This document shows, piece after piece, positions 1 to 9,013 of a stretch of 64,000 bases of DNA. The stretch comes from an uncultured Desulfospira sp. GTDB lineage: Bacteria > Desulfobacterota > Desulfobacteria > Desulfobacterales > Desulfobacteraceae. The notes under the pieces are model-generated. The model made no database searches and was not told the origin of the DNA. It saw only the letters and a list, made by a program, of their open reading frames with translations. The translations under genes were made by a program, and so were the position numbers. The number at the start of each line of letters is the position of its first letter. The stretch's first letter is position 1. The DNA lies in contig OY760175.1 of the NCBI GenBank assembly GCA_963663165.1, positions 2,880,001 to 2,944,000 of the forward strand, in the 5' to 3' direction.

Positions 1-24
1 ACTGATAATTCAAGACCTGACCCT
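1..24. repeat. 3' arm of a REP-like hairpin (ACTGATAATTCAAGACCTGACCC), cut by the window edge
   Basis: Reverse complement of GGGTCAGGTCTTGAATTATCAGT at ~1610-1632. Confidence 0.7.
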
Positions 25-154
25 GATATGCATTAACTTTGGAAACAGCCATGGGCTGCACTGGATGACGAAAATTCAGAAGACAGCCCTGTGCGTATTA
101 AGAAAATTACACTGCCGATTAAAATTCACGCGGTAGAAACAGGGAGGGTTTAAA

Positions 155-886
155 ATGAAAAAATTGATTTTAGCAGCAATGATGGGAGTAATTTTTTTAT
201 TGGGGCTTACTGGAATTGCCCCGGCCACAACGTACCATACCAGCACTGAAGTTGATCTGGTTAATGATTTCTCAATTTTAACGACGTCATCAGCCAATGT
301 CAAATATTTCAGAAGCAGCAATAATTTCATTCTTGATACCCCATTTTGGGCTGGCAAAGGCGACAAAATTATTGTGGATGTTACCTTTGCGAATAACAAG
401 GCATTGAAAATTTATAATAGCGAGGTAGCTGGAGAATCCTCTGCGGCAAGTATATACTCAACAGCCCAAGGCAGTCATTCGACTACTTCATCAGGATATA
501 CCGACTTACTGGGAACAAACGGATCTTTATTGGAAAATCATATCTCTTCAATACTGTATACTGACTATAACTACGCTGCTCATTCCGCCTTTGTTTTTAC
601 TGATAGAGGTGGGAATAAAAATTTAACAGATTCATGGTTTTCGTTTACAGGTATGCGATTGGAAATTGATATACATTCTTTGTTAAATGGTGACTTCACG
701 CAATCTGTCGAAGCAGAATCATTTTTTGACAGGGCATGGTTTCAATTCGGAGGAGGAGATTTTGAGGTTATCACTGCTTCTTCCACACCTGCCCCGGGTG
801 CAATTACGCTTTTGGGTGCAGGCCTTCTGGGCCTCACAGGACTTAGAAGAAAAAACGAACAAGCCGTTTCAGGTTATTGGATGTAA
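155..886 (+). CDS. PEP-CTERM/VPLPA-CTERM-type sorting-domain surface protein
   Basis: Signal peptide MKKLILAAMMGVIFLLG; C-terminal PAPGAITLLGAGLLGLTGLRRK (Pro motif, TM helix, basic tail); GGAGGG RBS. Confidence 0.85.
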   Translation: MKKLILAAMMGVIFLLGLTGIAPATTYHTSTEVDLVNDFSILTTSSANVKYFRSSNNFILDTPFWAGKGDKIIVDVTFANNKALKIYNSEVAGESSAASIYSTAQGSHSTTSSGYTDLLGTNGSLLENHISSILYTDYNYAAHSAFVFTDRGGNKNLTDSWFSFTGMRLEIDIHSLLNGDFTQSVEAESFFDRAWFQFGGGDFEVITASSTPAPGAITLLGAGLLGLTGLRRKNEQAVSGYWM

Positions 887-920
887 CACTTGCCGTTCAT
901 TTCAATTGGGAGAGATCAAT

Positions 921-1601
921 ATGTACAAAAATACGATTTTTTTAATTGCAGGGATTGCACTTCTATGCATGTCCGGCATTGCCCAGGGAGCCATGGTCAA
1001 AACCACTATATCAGGCAATATCGATCAGATAACTGCGCAACCTGTGGACGGCACCTTTTTCTTAGCCATAGGGGATGCCATCGAGGTTACTTTTATCTAT
1101 GATAATGAAGCAAAACAGGCAGACCGTTACGACAGGGATACCGGTGAGTGGGTAAGCCAGAGAACCATCCCGAACAATGATCTGGGCTCTTTCTTGAGCA
1201 ATGCCAAGGTAACGGTTTCCAGCAACATCACCAGCCAGATTGAACAGTTGCAGCCATACGCCGCCCCCAGGGACCTGCCATGGGTGACGCTTACCCCTGG
1301 CCAGGCAAAACATGTTCTCTATCCCCATTACAGTTCATTTCAAGGGCTGGAGTTGTCCTGCGATTTCAATAACTGGGCATGCCTGTCGCTCACGGTGCCG
1401 GGAGCGTCGGATGCATGGGAAGCGCGCCTGGTCATCCATTTTCTCACTAGCAACAGCGCAGAAAATCACGGGTTGAACTACACGGAAATCAGGTTGTCAG
1501 ACAGCCTTTTGTACCGGACCGCAGCTATTCCGGTACCCGGGACAATTTTCTTGTTGGGCTCGGGCCTGCTCAGCCTTGCCGGCCTCCGAAGGAAGCTGTA
1601 G
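921..1601 (+). CDS. PEP-CTERM/VPLPA-CTERM-type sorting-domain surface protein
   Basis: Start reset to ATG 921 (MYKNTIFLIAGIALLCMSGIAQGA signal peptide); C-terminal IPVPGTIFLLGSGLLSLAGLRRKL. Confidence 0.85.
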   Translation: MYKNTIFLIAGIALLCMSGIAQGAMVKTTISGNIDQITAQPVDGTFFLAIGDAIEVTFIYDNEAKQADRYDRDTGEWVSQRTIPNNDLGSFLSNAKVTVSSNITSQIEQLQPYAAPRDLPWVTLTPGQAKHVLYPHYSSFQGLELSCDFNNWACLSLTVPGASDAWEARLVIHFLTSNSAENHGLNYTEIRLSDSLLYRTAAIPVPGTIFLLGSGLLSLAGLRRKL

Positions 1602-1608
1602 CGAATTT

Positions 1609-1662
1609 GGGGTCAGGTCTTGAATTATCAGTTTTTTGTTCGAAAACTTATAATTCAGCCCC
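1609..1662. repeat. REP-like imperfect hairpin
   Basis: GGGGTCAGGTCTTGAATTATCAGTTTT-loop-AAAACTTATAATTCA-GCCCC; right arm lacks the AGACCTGA segment present in the copy at 1-24. Confidence 0.7.
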
Positions 1663-2261
1663 ACGCCAAGCACGGCAATCAGGGTGAACAGGAGACCCGC
1701 TCCCATATCAAGGCTATCAAAGACATTGTTGTAGCCTTTGCGGATAAACAGGATCACGCAAGTGAAGACCAGTCCGACAAACCGCATGACAAAAAGTCCG
1801 CCGCCTAACCAATATAATGCTCTGCCCGTTCTCGGGTTAAACAAAAACAGCGTGTTGCACATGATAAAAACAAAGGGTGCAACAGACACCACCAATATCA
1901 CGGACCGCATGGGCAGGCTGTCGTCAACATAATAAAAATACAGATTCATCACCACAGAAAACAAGATGGACAGGTAAGAGTACAGGGGCAGTTTTTTATC
2001 TTTTATGAACCGCAGGATGCCGTCTGTATAAAGTGCGGATGTCAATGGCATAAAAAAAGCAAACGCCCCGATGCACAGCCCCTTGCTCGCCACCAGGCGT
2101 AACAGTGCTGATCCGAATATGCACGAATATCAGATTGTTGCCAAGGTCCAGCAACCAAAGCCCGGATGTGTTTTCCTGCAGGCCCAGAATGAAAGGTATA
2201 CCACAGAATAAAACAGGGATACATGCAGTATACAGATAAACAGCGTCTTTAAATCAATCAA
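1655..2261 (-). pseudogene. Disrupted multi-TM membrane sensor (N-terminus of the type found on GGDEF/histidine-kinase proteins)
   Basis: TTG at 2261 gives MIDLKTLF...RKTHPGFGCWTLATI, in-frame TGA at 2132-2130, then continues in frame into ORF 1497-2093; hydrophobic sequence stops abruptly at the REP hairpin with no catalytic domain. Confidence 0.6.
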
Positions 2262-2306
2262 TTAATACGTCCCAACATGACGGTAAATAAACATATAGTA
2301 AACAGA

Positions 2307-2354
2307 GTTACGGACCCTGGTTTTGCTTAGTTTTCAGCATTAGCTGAATAGTTA
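2307..2354 (-). repeat. Partial copy (first ~48 bp) of the 150-bp MITE-like family A
   Basis: Reverse complement matches the start of 4550-4701 and 58488-58639. Confidence 0.8.
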
Positions 2355-2454
2355 AAATAAAAGTATGGTAAACAGGGTTTCGAGAAAAATCAAAACGCTT
2401 TTTTTAGCTGTTTTTGATTAATTGAAATTGGCTCCTGTGTAAACCATTCCACAG

Positions 2455-3039
2455 TCAGGCAGACGGGCCGTACTCAAGGACATACCCCAGCCAGGGCTCG
2501 CCGGTCTCCATGGCCGACAGGGTGTTTTGAAAATCCTTGATTTCCAGTCCGCGCGTTTCAAACACTGCTGCCAGGTCCGTGTGCTGCCAGAGGGTAAATT
2601 GGCGGCCGTCTTCAGAACTGCGGGTGCCCTGCCCCTGTTTCAGGGAAAAGAACAGGTACCCTCCGGGAACCAGAGCCCTGAGGACGTTTTTTAATACCCC
2701 TGCCAGGTCCTTTTGTTCGACATGGACAAAGGCCCCGGAACAGACCAGGGCGTCAACCTCAAAGGATGAGAAATCATGGCTCTTGAAATCCCCCCGGACC
2801 ACGGGGCAGCCCGAGTGTTTTTCGGCAAGTTCTGCCAGTCCCGAAGAGCGTTCAAACCCAATAGGCGAGAACCCCTTGTTTTTCAGCCAGAGCAGATCCC
2901 GACCCGATCCGCACCCCACATCCAGGACCCTGGCCCCGGGCGTAAGATACCGGACAAAGGCGGATAAAAATCCCGAAGGGTCAATGTCCGCTGTCCGGTC
3001 ATAGTAGGATTGATACCGGGTATGGTAATAATCGGCCAC
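2455..3039 (-). CDS. Class I SAM-dependent methyltransferase (TehB-like)
   Basis: Motif I VLDVGCGSGRD; ALVPGGYLFFS. Confidence 0.85.
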   Translation of the reverse strand: MADYYHTRYQSYYDRTADIDPSGFLSAFVRYLTPGARVLDVGCGSGRDLLWLKNKGFSPIGFERSSGLAELAEKHSGCPVVRGDFKSHDFSSFEVDALVCSGAFVHVEQKDLAGVLKNVLRALVPGGYLFFSLKQGQGTRSSEDGRQFTLWQHTDLAAVFETRGLEIKDFQNTLSAMETGEPWLGYVLEYGPSA

Positions 3040-3048
3040 GGGTGTTGA

Positions 3049-3615
3049 TCACGCCCGGGACATAAATTTTCGGGTTTCCGTGTTCACCTTGACCATTTCC
3101 CCGTTCTCCAGATATTCAGGCACCTGGATTTCGACCCCGTTGGACAAGGTGGCGGGCTTGGTCCGGGCCGTAGCGCTGGCCCCTTTGACGGCTGGGGCGG
3201 TCTGGGTAATTTCAAACACCAGGGAAGAGGGAATTTCAATGGCCACCATGTTTTCACCAATGATCATGCCGGTGATATCCTCCATGCCGTCGGTCAGCCA
3301 GACCGCCTCATCTTCAATGGCCTGGACTGAAATCATATACTGGGCGTATTCGATACTGTCCATGAACACATGAAAATCCCCGTCCGGATAGAGATACTGG
3401 ACCGGTTTTCGCTGCAGATCCACCTCTTCAAGGTTGTCGTTCCCCTTATAACTTTCTTCATATTTCTGCCCGGTCTTAATGTTGCTGAACCGGACCTTGT
3501 AAAGGGTCACCGCTCCCCTGGCAGACGGGGTTCTAACGTCAATATGCTTGACCATGTAAGCATCGCCGTTGATGTCCACCACATGGCCTTTTTTTAAATC
3601 ACATGCCTTTGGCAT
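3049..3615 (-). CDS. yeiP: Elongation factor P-like protein EfpL/YeiP
   Basis: EF-P signatures (KPATLSNG, QVPEYLENGE, KVNTET) with PSARG loop in place of PGKG. Confidence 0.9.
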   Translation of the reverse strand: MPKACDLKKGHVVDINGDAYMVKHIDVRTPSARGAVTLYKVRFSNIKTGQKYEESYKGNDNLEEVDLQRKPVQYLYPDGDFHVFMDSIEYAQYMISVQAIEDEAVWLTDGMEDITGMIIGENMVAIEIPSSLVFEITQTAPAVKGASATARTKPATLSNGVEIQVPEYLENGEMVKVNTETRKFMSRA

Positions 3616-3671
3616 AGCTGTATCTCCCTAATTTCAAATTATTTTGGTTTGGCGGCCATGGGCCGAATTCC

Positions 3672-4310
3672 TTACAACCGGTCACTGACGGCAAGCTCAA
3701 TGCCCAGCCCGATAAACAGGGCCCCAAGTCCCCGGTCCATCCACCGGGACACCCGGATATTCTGAGAAAGATAGTGGGTAAGTTTTCCGCCGGCAAGAAT
3801 CAGGGGCGGCTCCACAAAGGCGGCCACGGCAATGATCAGGCAGCCGTGCAAAAACAGCTGGGCACTGACAGGCCCGGCCCCGGGTTCCACAAACTGGGGC
3901 AGGAAGGCCAGAAAAAACAGGGCCACCTTGGGATTCAAGATGGCCACCAGGACCCCTTGCCTGAATATTTTCAACCCTTGTTTTTCAGGCCCTGTTTCAT
4001 GGCCGGCCATGTGAAACCCCTTTGACCGAAGGGCCTGGATGCCAAGCCAGACAAGGTATATGGCCCCCAGCCATTTCACGGTTGAAAAGGCCACAGCAGA
4101 GGTGGCCAGCACGGCGGACAGCCCCAGGGCTGCCGCAAGGACATGGCCAAAGGCCCCGGTCCAGATCCCGAACATGGCCGAAAACCCGGCCCGGACCCCG
4201 CCTTTTGCGGTCTGGCCCAGAATAAAGGCCATATCCGGCCCCGGGGACAGATTCAATAAAACAGCGGCAGTTAAAAAGGCCGCCCAATGGGCAATGGTAT
4301 AATCAAACAT
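3672..4310 (-). CDS. LysE/RhtB family amino-acid exporter
   Basis: LSPGPDMA and ILNPKVALFFLAFLPQF motifs; start at ATG 4310 after AAGGAG. Confidence 0.9.
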   Translation of the reverse strand: MFDYTIAHWAAFLTAAVLLNLSPGPDMAFILGQTAKGGVRAGFSAMFGIWTGAFGHVLAAALGLSAVLATSAVAFSTVKWLGAIYLVWLGIQALRSKGFHMAGHETGPEKQGLKIFRQGVLVAILNPKVALFFLAFLPQFVEPGAGPVSAQLFLHGCLIIAVAAFVEPPLILAGGKLTHYLSQNIRVSRWMDRGLGALFIGLGIELAVSDRL

Positions 4311-4483
4311 GTTTTCTCCTTTAACCGGATGCCAACAGCCCCCATCCGTATTCCACACCACATACCCGCCACCGGGTACGTCAATATGATGCATTTTAGA
4401 TCCCCCCGCTCTTTTGTCAAGGGCGAAACAAGCCCGGCCCGGGGTGAACCGCATTCAGAACCCGGTTTGCCCAGGAGATTAAA

Positions 4484-4533
4484 CAGGGCAATCGCATGTA
4501 AAAAAGCCATCCATCCCGGAATGAAAAATGAGG
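4484..4533 (+). repeat. ~50-bp dispersed repeat family B, copy 1
   Basis: CAGGGCAATCGCATGTAAAAAAGCCATCCATCCCGGAATG also at 18393 and 48214. Confidence 0.8.
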
Positions 4534-4549
4534 ATAATCTTCAATAAAT

Positions 4550-4701
4550 GTCACTATTCAGCTAATGCTGAAAATTAAGCAAAAACAGGGGCCATAACTG
4601 TTCATCAGTGCTTCATATTTGTTTAGTCAGGACTTCGTAGCATACTTTTGCTATGTGAGAAGGCCTGAATGAGCGAAGATGGGGCACTGCTGAACAGTTA
4701 C
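4550..4701 (+). mobile_element. 150-bp MITE-like element family A
   Basis: Near-identical to 58488-58639; terminal inverted repeats GT(C/A)ACTATTCAGC...GCTGAACAGTTAC; no ORF. Confidence 0.8.
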
Positions 4702-4790
4702 CAATAAATTACAATACCATCTGAGACGGTCTTTGGGAAAGGCCGGGCGAACAGGATCTTGACCGTTAGGGACGATGCGCCGGAATATCT

Positions 4791-5675
4791 TCAGGCCGGG
4801 TCAGGCTGTCTGACCACGTCCACGGCCACCTTAAGCCGGTGGTTTCCCCCGCCCAGGACCGTGCCCTTTACCGGGGTGACATCGCCGTAATCCCGGCCCC
4901 AGGCCAGGGTGATGTGCTGGTCTGTGGGCAACACATCATTGGTGGGGTCCATATCCACCCATCCGGTTCCGGAAATATAGAGGGAGAGCCAGGCATGGGA
5001 GGCGTCCGCCCCCACCAGTTTGGGCTTTCCCGGCGGGGCCTGGGTATTCAGGTAGCCGGACACATACCGGGCCGCAAGGCCTAAGGACCTGAGGGCGGCA
5101 ATGGCCACATGGGCAAAATCCTGGCACACGCCCCGCTTCATGGCAAAGGACTGGGACAGGGGGGTGGCCGCACTGGTGGCTGAAGGATCATATTTAAATT
5201 CGGTAAAGATCCGGTGAACCAGGTCCCTGCCGGCCAAAAGAACCGGGGTTCCCGGGGAAAATATCTGCCTTGCCCACTGCTCGATGTTTTTGTCCGGTCC
5301 GATCATGGGCGATGGAAAGACAAATTCACTGGCGTGAAGGTCCGCCATACTCTCCCGGCGGAATATGGCATCCCGGGCCTGTTCCCACGGCGGGGTCAGT
5401 TCGGCGGCGATGGGCGCCGGGGCCTCAAGGGAAACTTCCGAATTCGCCAGGATATCAAGCTTGGCATGGGGGGTTTCAAGACAGATGGTGATCACGGTAT
5501 TGCCGAAATAATCCTGGCGCATGGACCGGATGGAGGGTTCCGGCCTTAAATGGACACGGCTGTGGGTACAGGTCTGAAAATCCGTATTTCTGGGCACCAG
5601 GACCAGCTCACTGTGGGACAGTGAGGCCTGGGACTCATACTCATAAACGGTCCGGTGGCTGATGTTATATTTCAC
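4791..5675 (-). CDS. Transglutaminase-like protein (Bact_transglu_N + transglutaminase core)
   Basis: GVCQDFAH, ARYVSGY, ASHAW, DPTN catalytic Cys-His-Asp motifs. Confidence 0.92.
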   Translation of the reverse strand: MKYNISHRTVYEYESQASLSHSELVLVPRNTDFQTCTHSRVHLRPEPSIRSMRQDYFGNTVITICLETPHAKLDILANSEVSLEAPAPIAAELTPPWEQARDAIFRRESMADLHASEFVFPSPMIGPDKNIEQWARQIFSPGTPVLLAGRDLVHRIFTEFKYDPSATSAATPLSQSFAMKRGVCQDFAHVAIAALRSLGLAARYVSGYLNTQAPPGKPKLVGADASHAWLSLYISGTGWVDMDPTNDVLPTDQHITLAWGRDYGDVTPVKGTVLGGGNHRLKVAVDVVRQPDPA

Positions 5676-8370
5676 TGTTCATCGTCCCGTCCGGGGCCGC
5701 CGCCCCCACGCCTGTCCGGCCTGCAGCGCTTTGGCCCTGGGCCTGTATGGCCGGTCCCGCCTGACCCTTGAGCTGTTTTTCGGTCTCAATGCGGCTCAAA
5801 TAATGCTGGGTGATACTGTCGGCCAGGTCCTGGAGCCCTTTGTTGAGCCTTTCCAGAAAGGCCTCTAAGTTGGGCAGCACCTGTTTTTCCCCCAGGATCA
5901 TCAGTTCCCTTGTATCGGCCAGGCGCATCCGGGTGGTCAGGTCCAGAACGATCTTCTCCTCCTTTGTCCTGAAGGGGCGGGGTTCGGGCCGGGGAAGGGT
6001 TTCCATATGGGAATGAAGTGCCGCCAGCTGGAATCCCACAGACCGGGGATTGATTTCGTCCAGTAGCAGCAGGTCCACCAGGGGCTCAAGGTGAAGGGTG
6101 GTCCGGTACCTTGTATGATAGGTAATCCGGGAGTCGGCCACCTCCAGCACCGCCTCAAGGTCATGGGAGTCCGGTACCGTACGCTGCCGGATCAGGCTGG
6201 AGAGCACAACGGTCATGTGAAGTGCCCGTTCAATGCGCCGGCCCATGTCCATGAAGCGCCATCCCATCCCCCGGGTCATGCTCTCCAGGGCAAGGCCGGC
6301 AAAGGCGGACATATTCAGGATAATATTATTGAGCATCTCCAGGATTTCAGGGGTCTGGTTGTCCGGATTGATCTGGACCAGTCCTTTTTCAATGCGGCCA
6401 AGGATCTGCCAGGAATCGTCCGACAGCCTGTCCCTGACCCGGTCCGCCACCTGGAGGGCGCTGTTCAGGCAGTTTAAAATACTTCGTTGCACCTGGACCC
6501 CGTAAATGGACCGGTATAACTCCTCTTCAATGGCCCTGACGGAAAACTGGGTATCGGACTCCACCAGGTCGGCAGACACAATCTCAAGATTGGCCATGGT
6601 CCTCAGGAAAAAAGGCATTTCAGGGGCCTTGTCCAGCTGGATTTCGCTGTTCACCCGCATCAGCACACTCCGGATGACCCTGAGCATGCCTTCGGTGCGC
6701 TCCATATACCGTCCGAGCCAGAGCATATTGTCAGCCACCCGGCTGGGCAAGTCGCTGCCCCTGTGGATTTCATAGGGGGTGGTAAACCGGTGGAGCATGC
6801 TTTTGAATTCAGCCGGCCGTTCAGACAGGCACCAGGTATCTTTGGCACCCTGGCCCATCCCCCGTGATCCGGACATCAAAAGGGTTTCAGGATCATCGGA
6901 CACCCGTGTCAGCCCGCCGGGCATGACCGCGTTCTCCACCTGGTCAGCCGCATGGACCACCGGGGCACCGGAATTCTCCGTGATGGCTGTGGAAAACATC
7001 CGGACAGCCGTGTACCGGTTTTTCACGGTCTGCTCAGACCAGACCGGCACCGTAGAGGGGGTAACCCCATACCGGCCGGCCCAGGTGTAAGGGGCCTGTT
7101 TGACAGCGGCCAGCAGTTCAAGTTTTTCAGGGGCCGTCATCTCCTTGGTATGCACGGCACTGGTATGGGCCGGACCGAATGCGCTGAAAAGGGTCATGTC
7201 CCGGGTATTGTTTTTGATCTCATCTTCCACCCGGGCCAGGGTATCCGGACTGCCGAGCCAGAAGCTTTCCGTATTGTCAAGGATCAGGGGCTCTCCCAGA
7301 AGGGTTTGGCACAGCTGGGGCAGCAGGGCAAAGATCCCCGGTGATTCCAGGATACCCGATCCTAACGCATTGCTCACGGCCACGTTTCCCGCCCTTACGG
7401 CCTGGACCAGACCGGGAATGCCGGGAAAATCCAGGGAACCGCCCAGCATGGGGTCGCACCAGCTGTCCGGAATCTGGCGGACGATCACGTCCACCCGCTG
7501 AAGTCCGCCCAGGGTTTTAAGGAAAACCCAATCCCCCCGGGTGGTCAGGTCATTGGCCTCCACCAGGATAATCCCCAGATACCTTGCCAGGAACACCTGC
7601 TCAAAATAGTGGGGAGAGGCCGGCCCCTGGGACAGCATCACAATGCTGGGCTCCTGCTGTTTCTGACCGGATATCTCCATCAAAGACAGGGTCAGATATT
7701 TGAAATACGGGGCCAGGCGCTGGACCTTTCCCCATTGAAACATCCGGGGCAGAATCCGGGTTAAGATGATCCGGTTTTCAAGGGCATACCCCATACCGGC
7801 AGGCATCTGGGTCCCATGGGCCGCCACCTGCCACCGGCCGTCGGGCAGGCGAACCAGGTCTGAAGAAAAAAGGTGGTGGTCCGGAACCGTCCTGCAGGGA
7901 TCAAACCGGCACTGGCGCAGGAACCCGGGGTTGCCGAAAACCAGTTCTGCCGGAATCGCCTTGTTTTTGATCAGGTCCTGGGCACCGTAGATATCTTTGA
8001 AAATCAGCGACAGCAGCTTCGTCCGCTGCTGGATGCCCTGTTCAAGGATTTGCCAGGTACGGCTTGAAATGGGCAAGGGGATGGGATCCAGGGCCCAGGG
8101 CCGTTCCGTTGCCGCTTCCAGGTTGAAGATGTTGTAGGCGGTCCCGTGTTCATGGATCATCTGCCGGGCTTTCTCCCACCGGGAGGAGAGCTCCCGGGTC
8201 CCCAGGCTGTTCAGGTAACCGGTGAGCCGTTCCCAGTGGGGCGGCATGGCGCCGCTGCCCAGGTTTATGGCCGTACTCTGGTTTAACACATCACGGGTAA
8301 AAACCGGGGAAGTCTGAAGTTCCCCGGCCAGTCCCTGATTATCCCCGGGGGGGTCGCTGGGCCGGATCAT
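5665..8370 (-). CDS. Circularly permuted type 2 ATP-grasp fused to alpha-E domain
   Basis: GMGYALENR, NALGSG, MPGGLTRV, GAKDTW, then LPSRVADNMLWLGRYMERTE and MGRRIER alpha-E repeats. Confidence 0.9.
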   Translation of the reverse strand: MIRPSDPPGDNQGLAGELQTSPVFTRDVLNQSTAINLGSGAMPPHWERLTGYLNSLGTRELSSRWEKARQMIHEHGTAYNIFNLEAATERPWALDPIPLPISSRTWQILEQGIQQRTKLLSLIFKDIYGAQDLIKNKAIPAELVFGNPGFLRQCRFDPCRTVPDHHLFSSDLVRLPDGRWQVAAHGTQMPAGMGYALENRIILTRILPRMFQWGKVQRLAPYFKYLTLSLMEISGQKQQEPSIVMLSQGPASPHYFEQVFLARYLGIILVEANDLTTRGDWVFLKTLGGLQRVDVIVRQIPDSWCDPMLGGSLDFPGIPGLVQAVRAGNVAVSNALGSGILESPGIFALLPQLCQTLLGEPLILDNTESFWLGSPDTLARVEDEIKNNTRDMTLFSAFGPAHTSAVHTKEMTAPEKLELLAAVKQAPYTWAGRYGVTPSTVPVWSEQTVKNRYTAVRMFSTAITENSGAPVVHAADQVENAVMPGGLTRVSDDPETLLMSGSRGMGQGAKDTWCLSERPAEFKSMLHRFTTPYEIHRGSDLPSRVADNMLWLGRYMERTEGMLRVIRSVLMRVNSEIQLDKAPEMPFFLRTMANLEIVSADLVESDTQFSVRAIEEELYRSIYGVQVQRSILNCLNSALQVADRVRDRLSDDSWQILGRIEKGLVQINPDNQTPEILEMLNNIILNMSAFAGLALESMTRGMGWRFMDMGRRIERALHMTVVLSSLIRQRTVPDSHDLEAVLEVADSRITYHTRYRTTLHLEPLVDLLLLDEINPRSVGFQLAALHSHMETLPRPEPRPFRTKEEKIVLDLTTRMRLADTRELMILGEKQVLPNLEAFLERLNKGLQDLADSITQHYLSRIETEKQLKGQAGPAIQAQGQSAAGRTGVGAAAPDGTMNSEI

Positions 8371-8617
8371 TCAATTGCCCTGAATTTTATGGTTGTCAAC
8401 ACGATGGGGAAATCTTTCTACCTCTTGGAATGGCGTCTAAACTGTATTGCAGGCCGATCCTTTATCCGCCATTCAGGAGACCCGCCGTTATTTTCTTTTA
8501 TACCCTTGAAAAAACCGGTCATCAGCACCGTTTTTTTAAGGCTTTTCACTATAATGGATTCCCTTGAAAGGCGCAAGATCAAAAGGATGGCTCCAGGGCA
8601 ACAGCTTTTTGATCCGG

Positions 8618-8645
8618 CATGACATTTGAATCATGACATTTGAAT
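8618..8645. repeat. Perfect tandem duplication of CATGACATTTGAAT
   Basis: Two adjacent identical 14-mers. Confidence 0.8.
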
Positions 8646-9013
8646 ATTGTTCGTAAATTTTATAAACCAATGAATAAAACTTAATCTTGCCGGGAAAGAT
8701 TTAGCCCAATATATTGTGATTTCAAAATCCCGGTTTCAAACGACAGATTATAAGTGTCGCTCATCTCCCAAATCAAAAACCATGAAAAAAAGTAACATAG
8801 GGGTGTTGAATATTAATAATAGTCCGGGGCTTTAAACCCATTATTTGAGGGATTTCGGTTTTGCCATAGTCTGCAGTTTGCAATCTGAGCTGAGTCCCTC
8901 ACAATGCTTCAGTTATTGAGTGCTGCTTTCAGATTGGACTGGGCGAGCTTAAATAACAAAAATGCTCGCTTTTTGGGCGGTTCAAACAGAGGCTGGAGAA
9001 TAACATATTCAAT

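Noticed and set aside
687..920. N-terminal extension of ORF 687-1601
   Set aside because: Overlaps the upstream gene; the signal peptide and RBS point to ATG 921.
2130..2132. In-frame TGA as selenocysteine
   Set aside because: Lies in a TM region with no redox motif or evident SECIS hairpin, and the gene is also truncated; a nonsense mutation is simpler.
8389..8622. 77-aa ORF upstream of the ATP-grasp fusion
   Set aside because: No RBS or motif; lies in a promoter-like region.
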